In this document: positions 1-15,079 of the stretch, in pieces
Numbering within the stretch: position 1 is the first letter of the stretch
Layout of the letters: each line of letters starts with the position of its first letter
From: Eledone cirrhosa
Taxonomy: Eukaryota
Assembly (NCBI GenBank): GCA_964016885.1
Contig: OZ024740.1
Span: 413,974,001 to 414,038,000 of the forward strand
Length of the DNA: 64,000 nt
Direction of reading: 5' to 3'
Translations under genes and position numbers: made by a program
Notes under the pieces: generated by a model
Told to the model about the DNA's origin: nothing
What the model saw: the letters and a program-made list of their open reading frames with translations, nothing else
The model's database searches: none

Positions 1-24
1 CAATCTATCTTATTTCTCATTCTT

Positions 25-60
25 TCTTCTGATGAAGGATTAGCGTCCGAAACGTTAAGA
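25..60 (+). ncRNA. Minimal type I hammerhead ribozyme in PLE pseudo-LTR fragment (1-150)
   Basis: tctt-CTGATGA-a-ggat(tagc)gtcc-GAAA-cg-tt-aaga; stem I tctt/aaga, palindromic stem III acgt. Same family at 17421-17562 (+) and 7631-7695 (-). Confidence 0.75.
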
Positions 61-194
61 CCTTCTTCCTGCTATATCAAACGTTAACCTAATATATCCC
101 TTCCATATACTGTACCGATTGTGTTGTTATTTCTGTTTACCTTTTACATATATATTACATATATATTTCTGTTTACCTTTTACACACACACACA

Positions 195-249
<55 letters not shown>

Positions 250-253
<4 letters not shown>

Positions 254-1156
254 GGAAAAAATGAAACGAAATATCATTTCTCACTCTTAGTACGGCTGTT
301 ACTTAAATATAAGTATGTATACGTACATACATATATGTATACAGACGTACAGTAGTATGTATATATATATACATACAAGCACACATATATATATATGTAC
401 GTATGGGTTTATCGAACATTTATTATAATGCTCGGTTTGTTTGTAAACAAACAGCCCGGATTAAGCCGTACAGTGTTTAGCAACCATCGTTGCCCTTTTG
501 TTCAACACTGACAAAGGAACGATGTACTATTAGCTATGGTCAGCATCGTACACCTTCCTGCCAGTTGATTGAACGTCTGAAAGTATATACTTTCCTTATG
601 CATATTAACGGCTGAGCAGCCTAATTTGCATATCGAGTGAGTTAGTCGGCCGGGCGCACCGAAAGCGATGAATGTTAAAAATGAAACGTACTACTGTAGG
701 TCTGTATACATATATGTATGTACGTATACACACTTATATTTAAGTAACAGCTGTACTAAGAGTGACAAATGAAATTTCGTTTCATTTTTTCCATTTATCG
801 TTTTCGTTGCGCACGGCCGACTAACTCACTCGATATGCAAATTAGGCTGCTCAGCCGTTAATATGCATAAGGAAAGTATCAGACGTTCAATCATCTGGCA
901 GGAAGGTATACTTTGCTGACGATAGCTAATAAGCTTGAAACTAGTACATCGTTCCTTTGTCAGTGTTGAACAAATGAGCAACGATGGTTGCTAAACACTG
1001 TACGGCTTAATCCGGGATGTTTGTTTACAAACACACCGAGCATTATAATAAATGTTTGATGAACCCATACGTACATATATATATATGTGTGCATGTATGT
1101 ATATATATACATACTACTGTACGTCTGTATACATATATGTATTACGTATACATACT

Positions 1157-1160
<4 letters not shown>
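250..1160. mobile_element. Non-coding PLE pseudo-LTR element with tandem and inverted copies
   Basis: Blocks 250-360, 390-530 and 530-670 recur inverted at 688-796, 940-1075 and 797-928; flanked by (TA)n; other copies at 26716-26890 and 62030-62335. Confidence 0.7.
911..951 (+). ncRNA. Type I hammerhead ribozyme
   Basis: CTGACGA-t-agct(aata)agct-t-GAAA-ctag-ta-catcg; palindromic stem III actagt. The inverted sister copy retains the stem I 5' arm cgatg. Confidence 0.7.
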
Positions 1161-1247
<87 letters not shown>

Positions 1248-1249
<2 letters not shown>

Positions 1250-1439
1250 CAGAGGAATTGTGGTAAGGAACTAAATGGACCATAACGCACCAGAGTCCTC
1301 AATACTTAGGGTAGTAGAGTGGGAAATAGGAAAAAGTATGACCCCGACGACAGAGATCAAGCCGTTTGGACGGCTATTTCTGGTCTATCTACAGAAATAG
1401 CCGTCGAAACGGCTTGAGCTCTGCCGTCGAGGTCAACTT

Positions 1440-1440
<1 letters not shown>
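1248..1440. mobile_element. Short pseudo-LTR fragment with fold-back palindrome (1339-1435) holding the 3' half of an HHR
   Basis: gacggctatttctg..cagaaatagccgtc-GAAA-cggc(ttgagctct)gccg-tc; relatives at 62590-62776 and 62799-62992. Confidence 0.65.
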
Positions 1441-1523
<83 letters not shown>

Positions 1524-1567
1524 AAGTTAAATAAAAGTCAAATGATTAAAATTTAGCTTCGTTTATT

Positions 1568-1622
1568 ACTGCTATATATATTTCAGTGACAGCCATCTTT
1601 GGCTGTGACCTCTTCAGGCAGT
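1568..1622 (-). ncRNA. Type I hammerhead ribozyme in 3' pseudo-LTR
   Basis: Minus strand: actgc-CTGAAGA-ggtcacagcc(aaagat)ggctgtcact-GAAA-tatata-ta-gcagt; stem I actgc/gcagt. Confidence 0.8.
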
Positions 1623-2817
1623 TTGAATTAGTATGGTATAGACAAGTACATATGTTGTTTAGGTGTATGATATTGTCAATACTCTGATATGCCCAGTTCC
1701 TTGTTGGGTTGTTAATTCACTGGGGAACTGGAGTCATATGAATTCAAACAAACGAATTTTCGTGTCACAGGTCCCCTTCTCCTCTCATTGGTCAGTTATT
1801 AGAACATTCCTCATTCTAAGTGTTGTTATTGTTGGAGTTAGCTTAAAAATTGATAAAATGGTAGAAGGGACAAGGTGTTAAAGGAACAAAATAACAAAAA
1901 AAGTGTCAAACTTCCCATTGTTCAGTTCTGAGAGCATTCCTCAGTCAGAAGTCTATAGAATTCTTTCTGGGGTGAGGCTCCTTGTAGTGTTTTTGCCTGC
2001 TATTGTTCAGTACATTTGACCTCCACCATTATTTTGGTACTGTTGTTGTTGTAGTGGTCAGCTTATATCTTGCTGCTGCTAACAATTTAGAAGTATCCAG
2101 TTTGTGTTTTCTCTTCATCCCTCCCGCCACCATCGTAGTGGTGGGGGGGGGGGTTATTTCATGTATATGAAGAAATATAAGGCAATAAATGAAGAAAACA
2201 GAAAATAAATAAATAATATAATAAAATAAAATAATTAATATAATTTGTGTAATTTGAAAATAAATAAATAAATAGAGAATAAAGAATAAACAGTAAATGA
2301 GAGATTGGTGAAAAAGTAATGATAATGTATATGGAGAAGTGAGAAATAATGTAGGATAAAGTGTGTGTGTGTGTGCTATAACCAATCTCAAGGTCAGAAT
2401 ATGTTGGATAGATTGGTATGATACAAGATGTTAAGATGAGATATTCAATGTGTTTGTGTTATAATCTGTCTCAACTTAAAATAAATATAAGGTTATACAG
2501 TGAAGAGGGCAGAAAACAAATAACAAATTAATAAAGAGAAATCAAGATTTAAGATTGGAACTTGAAAGTCAGAAATCTGGTAAATTAAAAGTGTTTGTGT
2601 TATAGATGTTGGCCAAATTATTATGGCTGTGTCCGATTCTATCTCTAGGCTATCATGGTGTCTGCTCCGCCTGGGTTGTTCCCTATGGCTTGAGGGGAGT
2701 TCACAACCTAGGGTGTTGTTATTGCCCATATAGCTTGAGGGAGGTCTGGCCGAGAGGTGTTTTCATGTTCTGTAGAAGTCCCTATAGCTTGAGGGGAGTT
2801 CACATCTTCTTGTGTTG

Positions 2818-4539
2818 CTACTGTCCATATATTTTGAGAAAGGTCCCGGCTCTAAGGTGTCTGCATGTCCCGAAGAAGTCGGTTCTGAGGTTTATCAGGC
2901 CGCTTCCACCTCTTAGTATCTCGAGGGTCTCGTTCAGGCATAGTTTGCATATGCAAGATCCCCCTTTATCGGGTGGTACTTTCCTGATTATGTACCAGGC
3001 CAGAGAGTATGGGGTCCTGTCCAGCTTAAGCTTCCAGATCAGGTCGGAGAGAGCTGTGCTTTTCCTTTTGGCCTCCTTCTTGAATGAATGGCGATGGTTG
3101 TACCAGCGGTCCTTAAAGCTCGTTGATATGGCTCCTATGTAGATGTGTTCGGAGTTGGGGGTTTTAACCCTACAATCGTACACTATGTTCTTCTTGAGAC
3201 ATTCATTACCAAGGGGGCATGATTCGGGGTTTCTACAGTTGCAGAGGGTGGTCGGCCTCTGCGTGCCTAGATTAGGGTTCTCATTATGTGTTACATGTTG
3301 GTCTTCCCCCATTCTCGGTGGGGGGTCCTTGGGTCTGTTTGTGTTTCTTGGGTGGGCTCTGGGTCCCCCCTTCCCTCCTTTCACATGGTTCTGCTGAGTG
3401 TTTGTATTGTCATCATCTGGTTGTGTGTGGTTTTTAAGCCTACTTCTGTTGATGCTAGCTATGTGTTGGGCCAAATTTCTCGTGGTGGAATACGAAAGCT
3501 TCACAGTGTGTCTGTTGAAGATCCTGTGGTATCTGTGGTCCCTCGGGAAGCATTTGTCAAGTGCTCCAAAGAATAATCGGGCCAAGCTTTTCTTTAGGGC
3601 CGCTGAGTAGGGTGGGTTGTACCACGTGATTTGTCTGTGTCTCCTCCTATATGTGTGGGTTGGGGGCTTCGTGATTTGTTGGAGATTTGTTGGTTTGCTG
3701 GTGGTTTCCGCACTGTTGCTTCCCTTTTGGGCTCTATACTTTTTGTTATCTTCGCGACCCGGATTTGTGGGGTGGTTGTTGTCCGCCCCGGGAGATCCAT
3801 CGTGGGGTGGTCGCCCGTTCCCCCCCCCCCCACACACGTGTCCTGCGGTTGGGGTTGTCCGTCCTGGGGTAGTTAGCATCACGCCTGAGACTGCTACTCA
3901 TATTGTGCTCAATCTCGTGGTCAAGCGCACTAGTCCCCGCCGCTCGTGTGGTGGTGTCTGGTACATGGTGCCTATTTGATTCTGCTCTGCCTGTACTGTT
4001 AGGGTTCGCCCTCTGGCAACGCGGCTGTGGGTGTCTGTTGGGCTATCCACCTCCCGGCTTTTCGGACTATATGTTATATTTTGTCCATGTGCCGCCTTCT
4101 TTAGAGCTGCGTTGTAATATTCCGCGTGGTTGTTGAATATTTCCTTACTCGCGGACAGGCTGGAGATCCTGTCCGAGACACTCTTCACCACTGCCTTGGT
4201 TATGGATCTAGGGTGGTTTGATTTGGCGTTAACATATACTAGTTTCTCGTTGGGCTTGTGGTAGGGGTAGTATTGCTCGGTGTTCAGGTTTAGGGTGGTG
4301 TCTAGGAAGTTAACTACCTTCCTATTTGGGTCTATTTCTATGCTGAGCCCCTGGTTCTTAAAGAAATGGCGAATACGCCTCCTCATACCCTCCAACATAT
4401 TGGTGCTGTGGTCATGTACTGTGAATAGAGCATCGTCACGATATAATCCGCCTCCCAGGCAGGGGATTTCATCTTTTATCTGCTTCAGCAGGTAGAGCCC
4501 AACCAGGTTCGTTACCTGCGCTGAGTCGCTGGAGCCCAT
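2818..4539 (-). pseudogene. PLE RT-GIY-YIG polyprotein, 5'-truncated and interrupted (ORFs 3898-4539 and 2818-3882)
   Basis: RT YRDD motif and thumb (SNHPRSI), WYNPPYS, CNCRNPESCPL, YIGAISTSFKDRW, CKLC, CRH. Confidence 0.85.
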
Positions 4540-4609
4540 ATATTTTCAAATTACACAAATTATATTAATTATTTTATTTTATTATATTATTTATTTATTT
4601 TCTGTTTTC

Positions 4610-5826
<1,217 letters not shown>

Positions 5827-5892
5827 TGTATGTGAAACGATCAACTGTTTCATTCCTATTCAACACCTATTTCTATTTTAGCAGCTATTTGA

Positions 5893-6070
5893 GGCGAGGG
5901 TTAGCAACGTCATTAAAGTCATACATGGCAATAATTGTTTTGTTTCTTTACCTTCTGAGTTCAAATCCCGCCGAGGTCAAATTTACCATTAACTCTGATG
6001 AGTTCTATAAAGTAAAGTACCACTCACATACTGGGGTCGATGTAATCGACTTTCCTCTCCCCATAAATGT
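5893..6070 (+). mobile_element. Diverged tRNA-derived SINE
   Basis: B-box gagttcaaatcccgccgaggtcaa shared with the SINE copies at 10050, 10540 and 29963. Confidence 0.6.
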
Positions 6071-7487
6071 TAGAAGTCATTATCTTCTGCTAAACAATAT
6101 CATTGTTGCTGTAAGATGCACTTGTACGTATGTACAAGCTGTCATTTTTTTTATTGCGTCAGTGTGTGTGTTGTTATTTTTATTGTTTTAACCCTAGACA
6201 ATACGTAGGTGGGCGGACTTACTTTCGAAGACGTTCCATCCGTCACCATCCAGCCTTTGTGCATGTTACGTCGACTAGATTTGCCAATGTATCCGTCCGT
6301 TTTCGCACAATAAGAAGTAGTTGCTATTTCTAGCAGATCGAGAGATAACGTAGAGATTCCTTCGATTACTAACTTTTTATTCATCTGATTGCTGTTCTTT
6401 TTCAATACATTCGGGCTATTTTGAGAAAGCTAAAGATTTTAAACTTAAATAAAATTATCCTTTTCCAATGCAGCAAAATAGCAACAATGTTATCAATGGT
6501 ATCCGTATTAAACCAATGTTAGCACGTAGTCGCTCATCCTGCTATAAATATCCGCCAACTACTCTCCTAATAACACTCAAACAATCTTCAAGAAGGAACA
6601 TGTATAATATACTCTCAATTACACTGTCTAAAAGACATGCAGGATGATCCGACTAGAATGCTTTATAATAAGCTTTCTGATATCAATAGGTCTACAGAGC
6701 AGGTGATACTAATGATGTAATAGTTAATTTTACGTACTCAATGAACTTTCGTTGAAATTAAAATGTTTATTTTGATTGCTATTGTTGAAGTTATAGAAAA
6801 CCCATCAGGCTTTTTATTATCCCCTTCTGCAGCGTCCAGTTTCCTTTCCACTCTCGTTGGGTGTAATCCATTCAGAATAAATTTACTGCTGGTAAATTCA
6901 TTGTCCGGTAACTTAATATGAAGTACGATAAACTGAACCAATATCGTTATTATTTTTAATCTGCAGAGTAAACATTTATTCGCAATGAAACAGAAGATAG
7001 AATAAAAGTTTTATCCAAGAAATACATGAGAAATAATCAAAGTTACTTTTTACAATAGAATCTTTAAAAATACATTAAACAATATTACTATTTTAAATGG
7101 GAAAGCTATAGCATTGTTTAAAAAAACAAATATCGATAAATCTCTTAAATAATCCAGTATTTCAAGACTTTGATATTCACTGTCAATAGGTTGAATTCCT
7201 GTTGTGCTATTTATATATGTTTGGGGCGAAGTGCAATTTCTTCAATAGCAATAAGCTATTCAATTTTTTTAAAGACAGAATATATGATAGAATATTTTCT
7301 TTTTGAAATTCTGTTTCCTTGTTCATGAAATCCGATATATATATATATATATATATATTCTGCAAATAAAAGCTTAAAACGATGTTTAACTATGTTTACT
7401 CGGTTGATAAAAAGTATATGGATGAATTTATTCCAGTGATGTTATATAGTTATTTTGCGCTGAAATTATCAGCCAATGATTTTTCAT

Positions 7488-7636
<149 letters not shown>

Positions 7637-7729
7637 GGTAGACAGAAATAACAACACAATCGATACAGTATATGGAAGGGATATATTAGGTTAATGATAT
7701 ATATATATATATATATATATAACACGATC

Positions 7730-9470
7730 TAATCACTCCAACTGATTTACCGAACACCTTTCAGAACAAATAAATTAGGAAGGGTGGGTCCAAATCATAC
7801 AGCTGTACATACCCAGCTACTACTCTTCAATCTCACCTTTCTTGCTTAATAAGGCTCTTATAATCGCACTAAATTATAGGGACATTACTGTGAAAGAATT
7901 GATATAAAACTCACAGCTAGGAAACGTATTATGAAATTTAATGATGAATGTTTGGACACGAAGGCCAGACCCAATAAATGTTGACATCTCCATGGGCTCT
8001 ATGGCCTCCACCTAGGTAACAGGCATTCCTGGATTATACATTCTCCACCTAGTTAAACGTAGGATATTGGAACTGGGCTGAGGTTTGTACCGAGAGGACG
8101 CACTTTTCACCTTGTTTAACCACGATAACAGTGCTCTGAATAGGAAGAAGAAAACGAAAATGATCACCAAATGTTTTAGAAACTATGGTCTTAAACTTGA
8201 ATTAGGAATTAATTAAAAAATAGTCAACTTGCTAGAAATAACCCTAAATCTTAATTCTGGCGTTTATTACTAAAATCATAAATCAGTTGTTAGCTACAAC
8301 TCCAAACAGTAACGTTGTAACTAATATTATTGTTAATAGAGTGGCTCAGAGAATTTGTATACTTTCTGTGAATGGGGAAGTTTTCAAATGGCAAGGCCAG
8401 TTACTTCAATAACACATGCCTAGGCCTTGGATACAAGAAGAAAATAGACTACATAGGTAGTGATAGTCGACAACACATCTATACACAAACATAAATGAAC
8501 TCATTGAGCAAACACTAGCATAGATACACACTACATGAAAATACAACCCAGTATAACTCACATAAACATAGTATATATATAGGACCAACTAAGCAAACTC
8601 TAGCTGAAGACAACAACCATTAGCTGATATAGACAGAACATCTCCTAGACACAATAACCCCACTACTACTAGTCACAACGTGAAATCAAACGCTCCCTCC
8701 ACATCCTCTAGCACATCTTCACACCTTAAGAACGCCCTTCCCCACTAAATATATAGCACATAATGAAACAAAGCCACGTCAGTACAAGATGCGCTTGCGT
8801 TCTGTCCAATGATATAACCCACCTCACTCCTCAGGGCTTAAAGCTAGCATCACCTGACTTTATTCAATGCACTAGATAAATGTGCCCTAAAATCGCCTAG
8901 AAACCGCAGTATATTCAATAGACATACAGTTAAGTTATCATATTCAACAAAGCAAAGATTAACAAAAACAACTGAAAGATTAAACATAGTCCAAAAGCGA
9001 GTTCAACTGCACTTGTGCCCGCATATTACGTAAATACCTCTGGGAAATATAATATGGGACCTAACAGACACAATTCCATTCACCCACACCAGGTAGTCAA
9101 CCACTCCTACAGATATAATCACAACACAACACACAATAACAACATTAACTGTAACTGTCAAATTCTAGCTAACTGCTCTCTACAGAATAAATGACTCCGT
9201 AGAAATGTAGTATATGAGTGTAAGATTACCACTAGTGAGACATCATACAAATACATTGGCACCACAGCGCCGAGTTTTAAGTATAGGTGGTACAATTATC
9301 GCCAATCCTTTAACCATTTTGACAGGCGATGGAGCACGACACTATCCGATCTTCTATTGAGGCTTAAGCAGGTTTGAGTACAATATTGCTCGTCGTGGTC
9401 AACGTTCGCAACTGCTCCGCTGAACGTGATTGGATCTTTTTCACCTGGTTGCTATCTTTGCATTATCGAG
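7730..9470 (+). pseudogene. Degenerate Hydra-like PLE RT-endonuclease
   Basis: Manual translation: MGS..GLYREDALF near 7990-8110 and CNCQILANCSL..VVYECK..YIGTT..FKYRWYN near 9150-9310; many stops and frameshifts. Confidence 0.7.
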
Positions 9471-10049
9471 TATTTTGTCTCTCTCATTTGATTAAATCAT
9501 CCACGAACAATGACATTGACGATTGAAGGAACTAAATCTTGCATATAACATGCAAGGTTAATAGATGAGAAGTGTGAGTAGTCAATGGGTGTGGTTGATT
9601 AAGTCTGATCTTTTGTTCTCTAATTCTGGGTGTCTAATACAAGTTACAAATAATATCAAACTATGAACAAAATGTGGAGAGTGCCAGAAAAAGGAAATTG
9701 AAATTCATAATTAATAGAGAGAGAATGAGAGAGATAGAAAGCAATAGAAAATGGGAAACAGGCGCTAAAAAAGAGATTGAGCTGCAAGTGGATGTAAGAG
9801 ATGATAATAGTATGATACATGGGGTGGCACTAAAACACGTTAAAATGATTGATAACATGCTCTAAAGCTAAGCGGAAATAGCAATGCTGAAGAGGACGCT
9901 CTTTCTATGGCATTATTCATATCTGCTGCTCCTTCTGTGTTTCATAAATAATTACTAGCCAAATGTCAGCGATTTATCCTTCCCGAACCAATAAAATAAT
10001 TTAAGATATGATGCCTATGTAAGACACAATTGATTCATTGTTAACAAAA

Positions 10050-10243
10050 TGGCAGTGGATTGGCAGTATCAGTATAGCGTCAGACACCATGCTTTACAGC
10101 ATAGAGTTATGGCCCTTTATTTCTGAGTTCAAATCCCGCCGAGGTTAACTTTGCTTTTCATCCTTACGGGGTCGATAAAATAAAGTACCAGTAATGTTGT
10201 GGGTAATTGCTGCCCTTGTGTCAAATGTAGAAGCAATTATTAA
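10050..10243 (+). mobile_element. tRNA-derived SINE
   Basis: tggcagtatc..gagttcaaatcccgccgaggttaactttgc(c/t)tttcatccttacggggtcgataaaataaagtacc..gtagaa; about 9 copies in the window. Confidence 0.8.
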
Positions 10244-10539
10244 CAAAAGCGAAATTTTAATTCAAAGAGAAATTTAAGGAATGTGATTTTAAATAGAAAT
10301 AAATTTTCAATGTAAAAGGAGAATAGAAATATTTTATGAATGCGAAAACTGTGAGATATAGAGATGTAAACAGACTATAGAGAGGAACAGATAAGGTAAT
10401 CTGAAGAGTAGCAGGTGAGAGTAATAAGAAAACAGAGGATGAAAGAGAGTTAATGTAAGGCTAGTGAATTGATATAGTGATATCATTACAGAGATAGTGA
10501 CTGTGAGTGGTTGGGAAATAAAACGCATGGACTTATCAT

Positions 10540-10724
10540 AATGGCAGTATCGGTAGAGGGTCGGACGCCATCCTTTGACGCATTGAGTTACGGCCCTTGC
10601 CATTCTCAGTTCAAATCCCGCCGAGATTAACTTTGCCTTTCATCCTTACGGGTTTGATAAAATAAAGTACCAGTAATGCACTGGGTAATTTGCTAGCCTT
10701 GTGCTAAAATTAGAAACAATTATT
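10540..10724 (+). mobile_element. tRNA-derived SINE
   Basis: Same family as 10050-10243. Confidence 0.8.
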
Positions 10725-11850
10725 TAACTAATCTTTCAATTTCCAGCAAATACATAAATTTGACGTCTGTATGTGTACCTTTATCACCATTCCATTGCTC
10801 TGTTGTATGCTGAGGATCAGCAACTTTAACGGGGTTGATGCATTTTCCGGCTTTGAAGAGAATGAATAGACTTTTTTCGATGTTGTCTTAACAATATAGG
10901 ATACGGATCTATCATGAAAAATCTTCAGTGAGTCTATAAATAAGTGTTAAAGGTATACAGTATAACATTAGAGTACAAATTTTACTCGCCTTTCTCAGCT
11001 TATACTGCTGATCACGAAATTGATTATATTATAATTAAGACACCATATAGATCATGGCATAATAAATAAGTCCTTTGTAATATCATATAAAATATATACA
11101 TAGACAAAATATATATAGAAAAAATTGATATAGAAAGTAATGATTTTTGAGAATTCATTATAACGCTAATATTGGTAACTTTAATATCAGAGATGAATTA
11201 CCAAATATACACTATCAGAATTTGCAATTATGTTTATTCTCTATTCTGTTCATACACTTGATTGCCGACATGATGACATTCCATAAGTGTAAAATGGCGA
11301 CTTGTAAACCTTTTAGATTAATAGAGCCTAAAATACATTTACTTATTTTTACCTAACTTACTCTGCCGTATTAACAAGTCTGCATATGTAATTGGCTTAA
11401 ATTTTATCATTGGACCGTTTGGCTAGATATTCACTTCTATCCTCTATCTACAGCTCGTGCGAAAGGGCGTGCTTCCATATTGTATTGTTTTATGTGGTAG
11501 AAATTGTTTTCGTTATATTATTGGAAAGAATTAAATTATAAGTGGTTAAATGGAGTTGTCAGTTTTGTATAGTTTATTTCCTTTTGTCTGTACGTATATG
11601 TATGTGTTTGGAATTTTTAAATGCTTTCAGGTATTTTTTAGAAGGTTTGAAAATTGTCAGAATATTTATTTTTATCTTAACATTTAGAAAATAAGGAAAA
11701 GATCAGTGTCAAACTTTTCTAAAATGTTCTTCTGTTCTGGACATTCATGTATTCGAAAACCTGACGCACATACATATTATAGGTAGATAGATTGATAGAC
11801 AAACAGAAAAGCTACATATGGGCATATATATGTATATATATATACATATG

Positions 11851-11893
<43 letters not shown>

Positions 11894-11895
<2 letters not shown>

Positions 11896-12562
11896 AAGGC
11901 GGGTAAAATTCCCGAGATCCATGGACGAGTTCTCTCCAGCGGTCTCTGTCCCTCATTATCGCTGCCATGTTCTGCGTCTCCAACAGACCAGTGTCTGTCT
12001 TTAGGGCATCAACAAACGTTAACCTTGAGTGCTACACGAGAATGTTGTTGTTCTTCTATTTTCTGTCCAATATTTCGGGCCCTAAAAGTCCCTTCTTCAG
12101 GGTTTAAGGAACTTTCAGTGGATCATCTTCCAATTTCCTCTCTTTGAGATTAAATATTGATTTAAATTTTTCTAAGTCGTTTTCAAGCGTTTTTTTATGG
12201 TTATTTCGCTTTTCACGAGAATGGCGTCTATTGCTAATATATTTCGCGATATCAATTTTCATTTTTGTATGAGATGTTTAGTTTGTGTGCATGTGGGTGT
12301 GTATTTTTATGTGAAGTATTGTGTGCTGAGTTCTAATCTATTATTTATTTGCGGGTTGAGTCTACCTATGAGCATGGCTTCCTTAATTCTTAAGTTGCCC
12401 ACATTTCTATCCCTGGCTTTAATGCTAACGTTAATATGTTGATATCTCTACATTAGTCAATGTGTTTTTTAATAAGGATGCGTGTGTGTTTAGGTGTTCT
12501 CTAATGCGAGTGTGGAGTGCTCGAGTCGTGCTACCAATGTAGAACTCCTTACATCTGTTGCA
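11894..12562 (-). mobile_element. 3' fragment of a PLE (GIY-YIG remnant plus pseudo-LTR with HHR at 12067-12102)
   Basis: Minus translation CNRCKEFYIGSTTRALHTRIREHLN..KLRIKEAMLI; HHR cc-CTGAAGA-a-ggg..ccc-GAAA-tat-t-gg. Confidence 0.75.
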
Positions 12563-13230
12563 TTCAATCCGGTATAGCACATGTGTCCACTAGCGGATAG
12601 TTAGTCAGCGAACATTGATTATTGTTGTCTGTGTATTGCTTTTTCCATAGGTATCTACGCACTTCATAGATGTACTGAAGTCGATCGGATACCCAACATC
12701 CACAGTGAATCGACCTAAGAATCGAAGCTACCGCAGGCATAATACCTCCTCTAATACCTGATTCATGAAATTTCCACATTTCCGCGAAAGCATAACCACA
12801 GCTATCTGCAGAGCTGTCCGCAAAGAAGGATTGGACATACAATTAGCACACTCCAGCGCTTCACTGTGAGGATGCTTGTCTAAAAAGCAGTCCTGAAATA
12901 TTGGACAGAAAAAAGAACAGGAACAACACAAAACAAAACAAAGATTACCAGGTAACTTACATTTCGTCACCTCATCTTACAGTCCATTTTGCATTGCATT
13001 GTTGCATAATATATGCAGACAGAGGGTGCAGTGCACCCTACTGCTGCATTAAGTGCGGCCGAAACTCGATTCGAGGAACTATTATAGGCACCCGTTTAAC
13101 GTGTGTTGTATTGAAGTGAATAACTATGTGTATACTCTGGGAATGTATCCTACATTACTTATTGAGTACGCTGAGATACAACTGGTCCTGGCATTGATAA
13201 ATATGCTGGATCCGTCAACTCCTTATTATA

Positions 13231-13342
<112 letters not shown>

Positions 13343-13444
13343 CACATATGAGGACGTACTGATGAAACAGCTCAGTACCTCTGAAATATATATAATAAAA
13401 TATATTTGATCTCATGAATGTCTATATTTATTAATATTTTGAAG

Positions 13445-13511
<67 letters not shown>

Positions 13512-13598
13512 GAAAAATTGAACGGGAACAAAACAGAGAGGCAGTACAAACAAATGTTTATTAATTTCACGCTCTTGAGAGTGGGGTGGTGGTGGGGA

Positions 13599-13630
13599 AC
13601 GACGTTTCGGGCATAAGCCCTTCTTCAGGT
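13599..13630 (-). ncRNA. Minimal type I hammerhead ribozyme
   Basis: ac-CTGAAGA-a-gggc(ttat)gccc-GAAA-cg-tc-gt; GUC cleavage triplet. Confidence 0.8.
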
Positions 13631-15079
13631 GAAAAGTGTGTGGGAAGAGAGTTCAAAGGGTGTGTTGGGGAGTGGTGGAGAGACATATAGCAAAAAGGGG
13701 GTGAGGGAAACGGTGCAAATGAAATTAAAAATAAAGGCAAGATCAAAATAAAATTAAAATGGGGTAAAACAGGTGGTGGAAGAGTGTGGGGCGTGTAGGG
13801 GTGGTGGCGGGTGGAGTGGGGAGAGGGAGACGGCGTGTCCGAGCGGGGAGGGCTGAAGGTGGTGTGTGTGTGTAGGTGTACGTGTGTGTGTGTGTGTGTG
13901 TATGTGAAAGCAAGGGTTGGGGGAAGAACGGGGTTGCATGTTCAGGAAGAGGTATGTGTCGGGTGGGGTGTAGGTCGGAGTGTGTGTGCGTGTGTGGATA
14001 GAGGGGTGTGGGGAGAGGATTCCGGAGGCTGAATGTATAAATATGTGGTGGTACGCACGTGTGTGTGTGGCGTTTATGCGTGTTGTGGGTGTAGGTGGCG
14101 TGTGGGAAAAAAAATTGTTGGGTGTGTTTGTGGGTGAGTCATAAAGGTAATAACGTAAAAAGATGTGGTGGAATGCTTAGTAAAATCCTGGGATGTGGTG
14201 GATTCCGGGATCAAGGTTCACATACGTTTAATCCGTGAAGAGATTGGTCGGAAGAGGGGAGATGTGGGGTGCGCGCGCAACAGGAAGTAGTCAGAGGGTC
14301 AAGGCAGGAGGAGTGTTGTGTGTCTGTGTGTGCGGGGAGGTGGTCAGAGGGCATAGCAGCAGTAGGGTAGAATGGTAAGTGAATGTGTGTCAGTGTGTGC
14401 GGTGGACAGGGGAGAGGATGGGTAGGTGTGAAAGTTGGAGTGTGGAGGGGGGGGGGGTATTAGTAGAGGTGTTAGTGGGATGAGTGAGTGTTTGAGAAAG
14501 GGTGTGGGTGGAGCAGGGAGAGAAGGGTGTGGGGGACGATGGAGGGAGTGTAGTGTACTTGTGTGTGTGTTTGGTGAAGGGGGTGTTAGTGGGTGTTAGT
14601 ATACAGAAGGTGGAGAAAGGGTTGAATGCTGGTGTGAGTGGGGGTCAGTGGTGGTAGGGTGTGTAGAGTGGGTGGTGTAAGAGGGTGTGTGTATACGTGT
14701 GCGTAGGGTTGGGGTGTTAGTGATGTTAGTTGCGTGTAGGGTGGGTGGTGTAAGTGGGTGTGTGTGTTCGTGTACTTGGGGTCAGGGTGTGTTAGTGATG
14801 TTAGTTGCGGGTGGTGGGTGGATGTGTGGGGGTGAGGGTTAGTGGTGATAGTAGGGTGTGTGTTTAGTGTGAGCGCGTGTATATATGTGCCGGTGGGTGT
14901 GCGCGTGTGATAAGGAGGGGGAGGAGAAGAATGGAGGGATGTTAGTATGTTAGTTGGGGAAGGGTGGTCGGATGTGGGGTGGAGGTGTTAGTATTGTTAG
15001 TTGTGGGGTGGGCGGTGAAAAGGAGGGGTGTGTTAGTGGTGTTAGTGGGCGATATGTGGGGGGAGGGGGGACGGTCGAA

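Larger units (their letters stand above)
1530..4540 (-). mobile_element. 5'-truncated Penelope-like element, probably Hydra clade
   Basis: RT (MGSSDSAQV..GLYRDD..FLD), CxCx5C linker CNCRNPESC, GIY-YIG (IVY..YIG..FKDRWYNH), 3' pseudo-LTR with HHR, ends at (TA)n. Confidence 0.85.

Noticed and set aside
10779-10908. Possible minus-strand host exon (AG..GT, one open frame); a similar candidate lies at 6738-6960
   Set aside because: No recognisable protein similarity and the phases do not join; needs RNA-seq.
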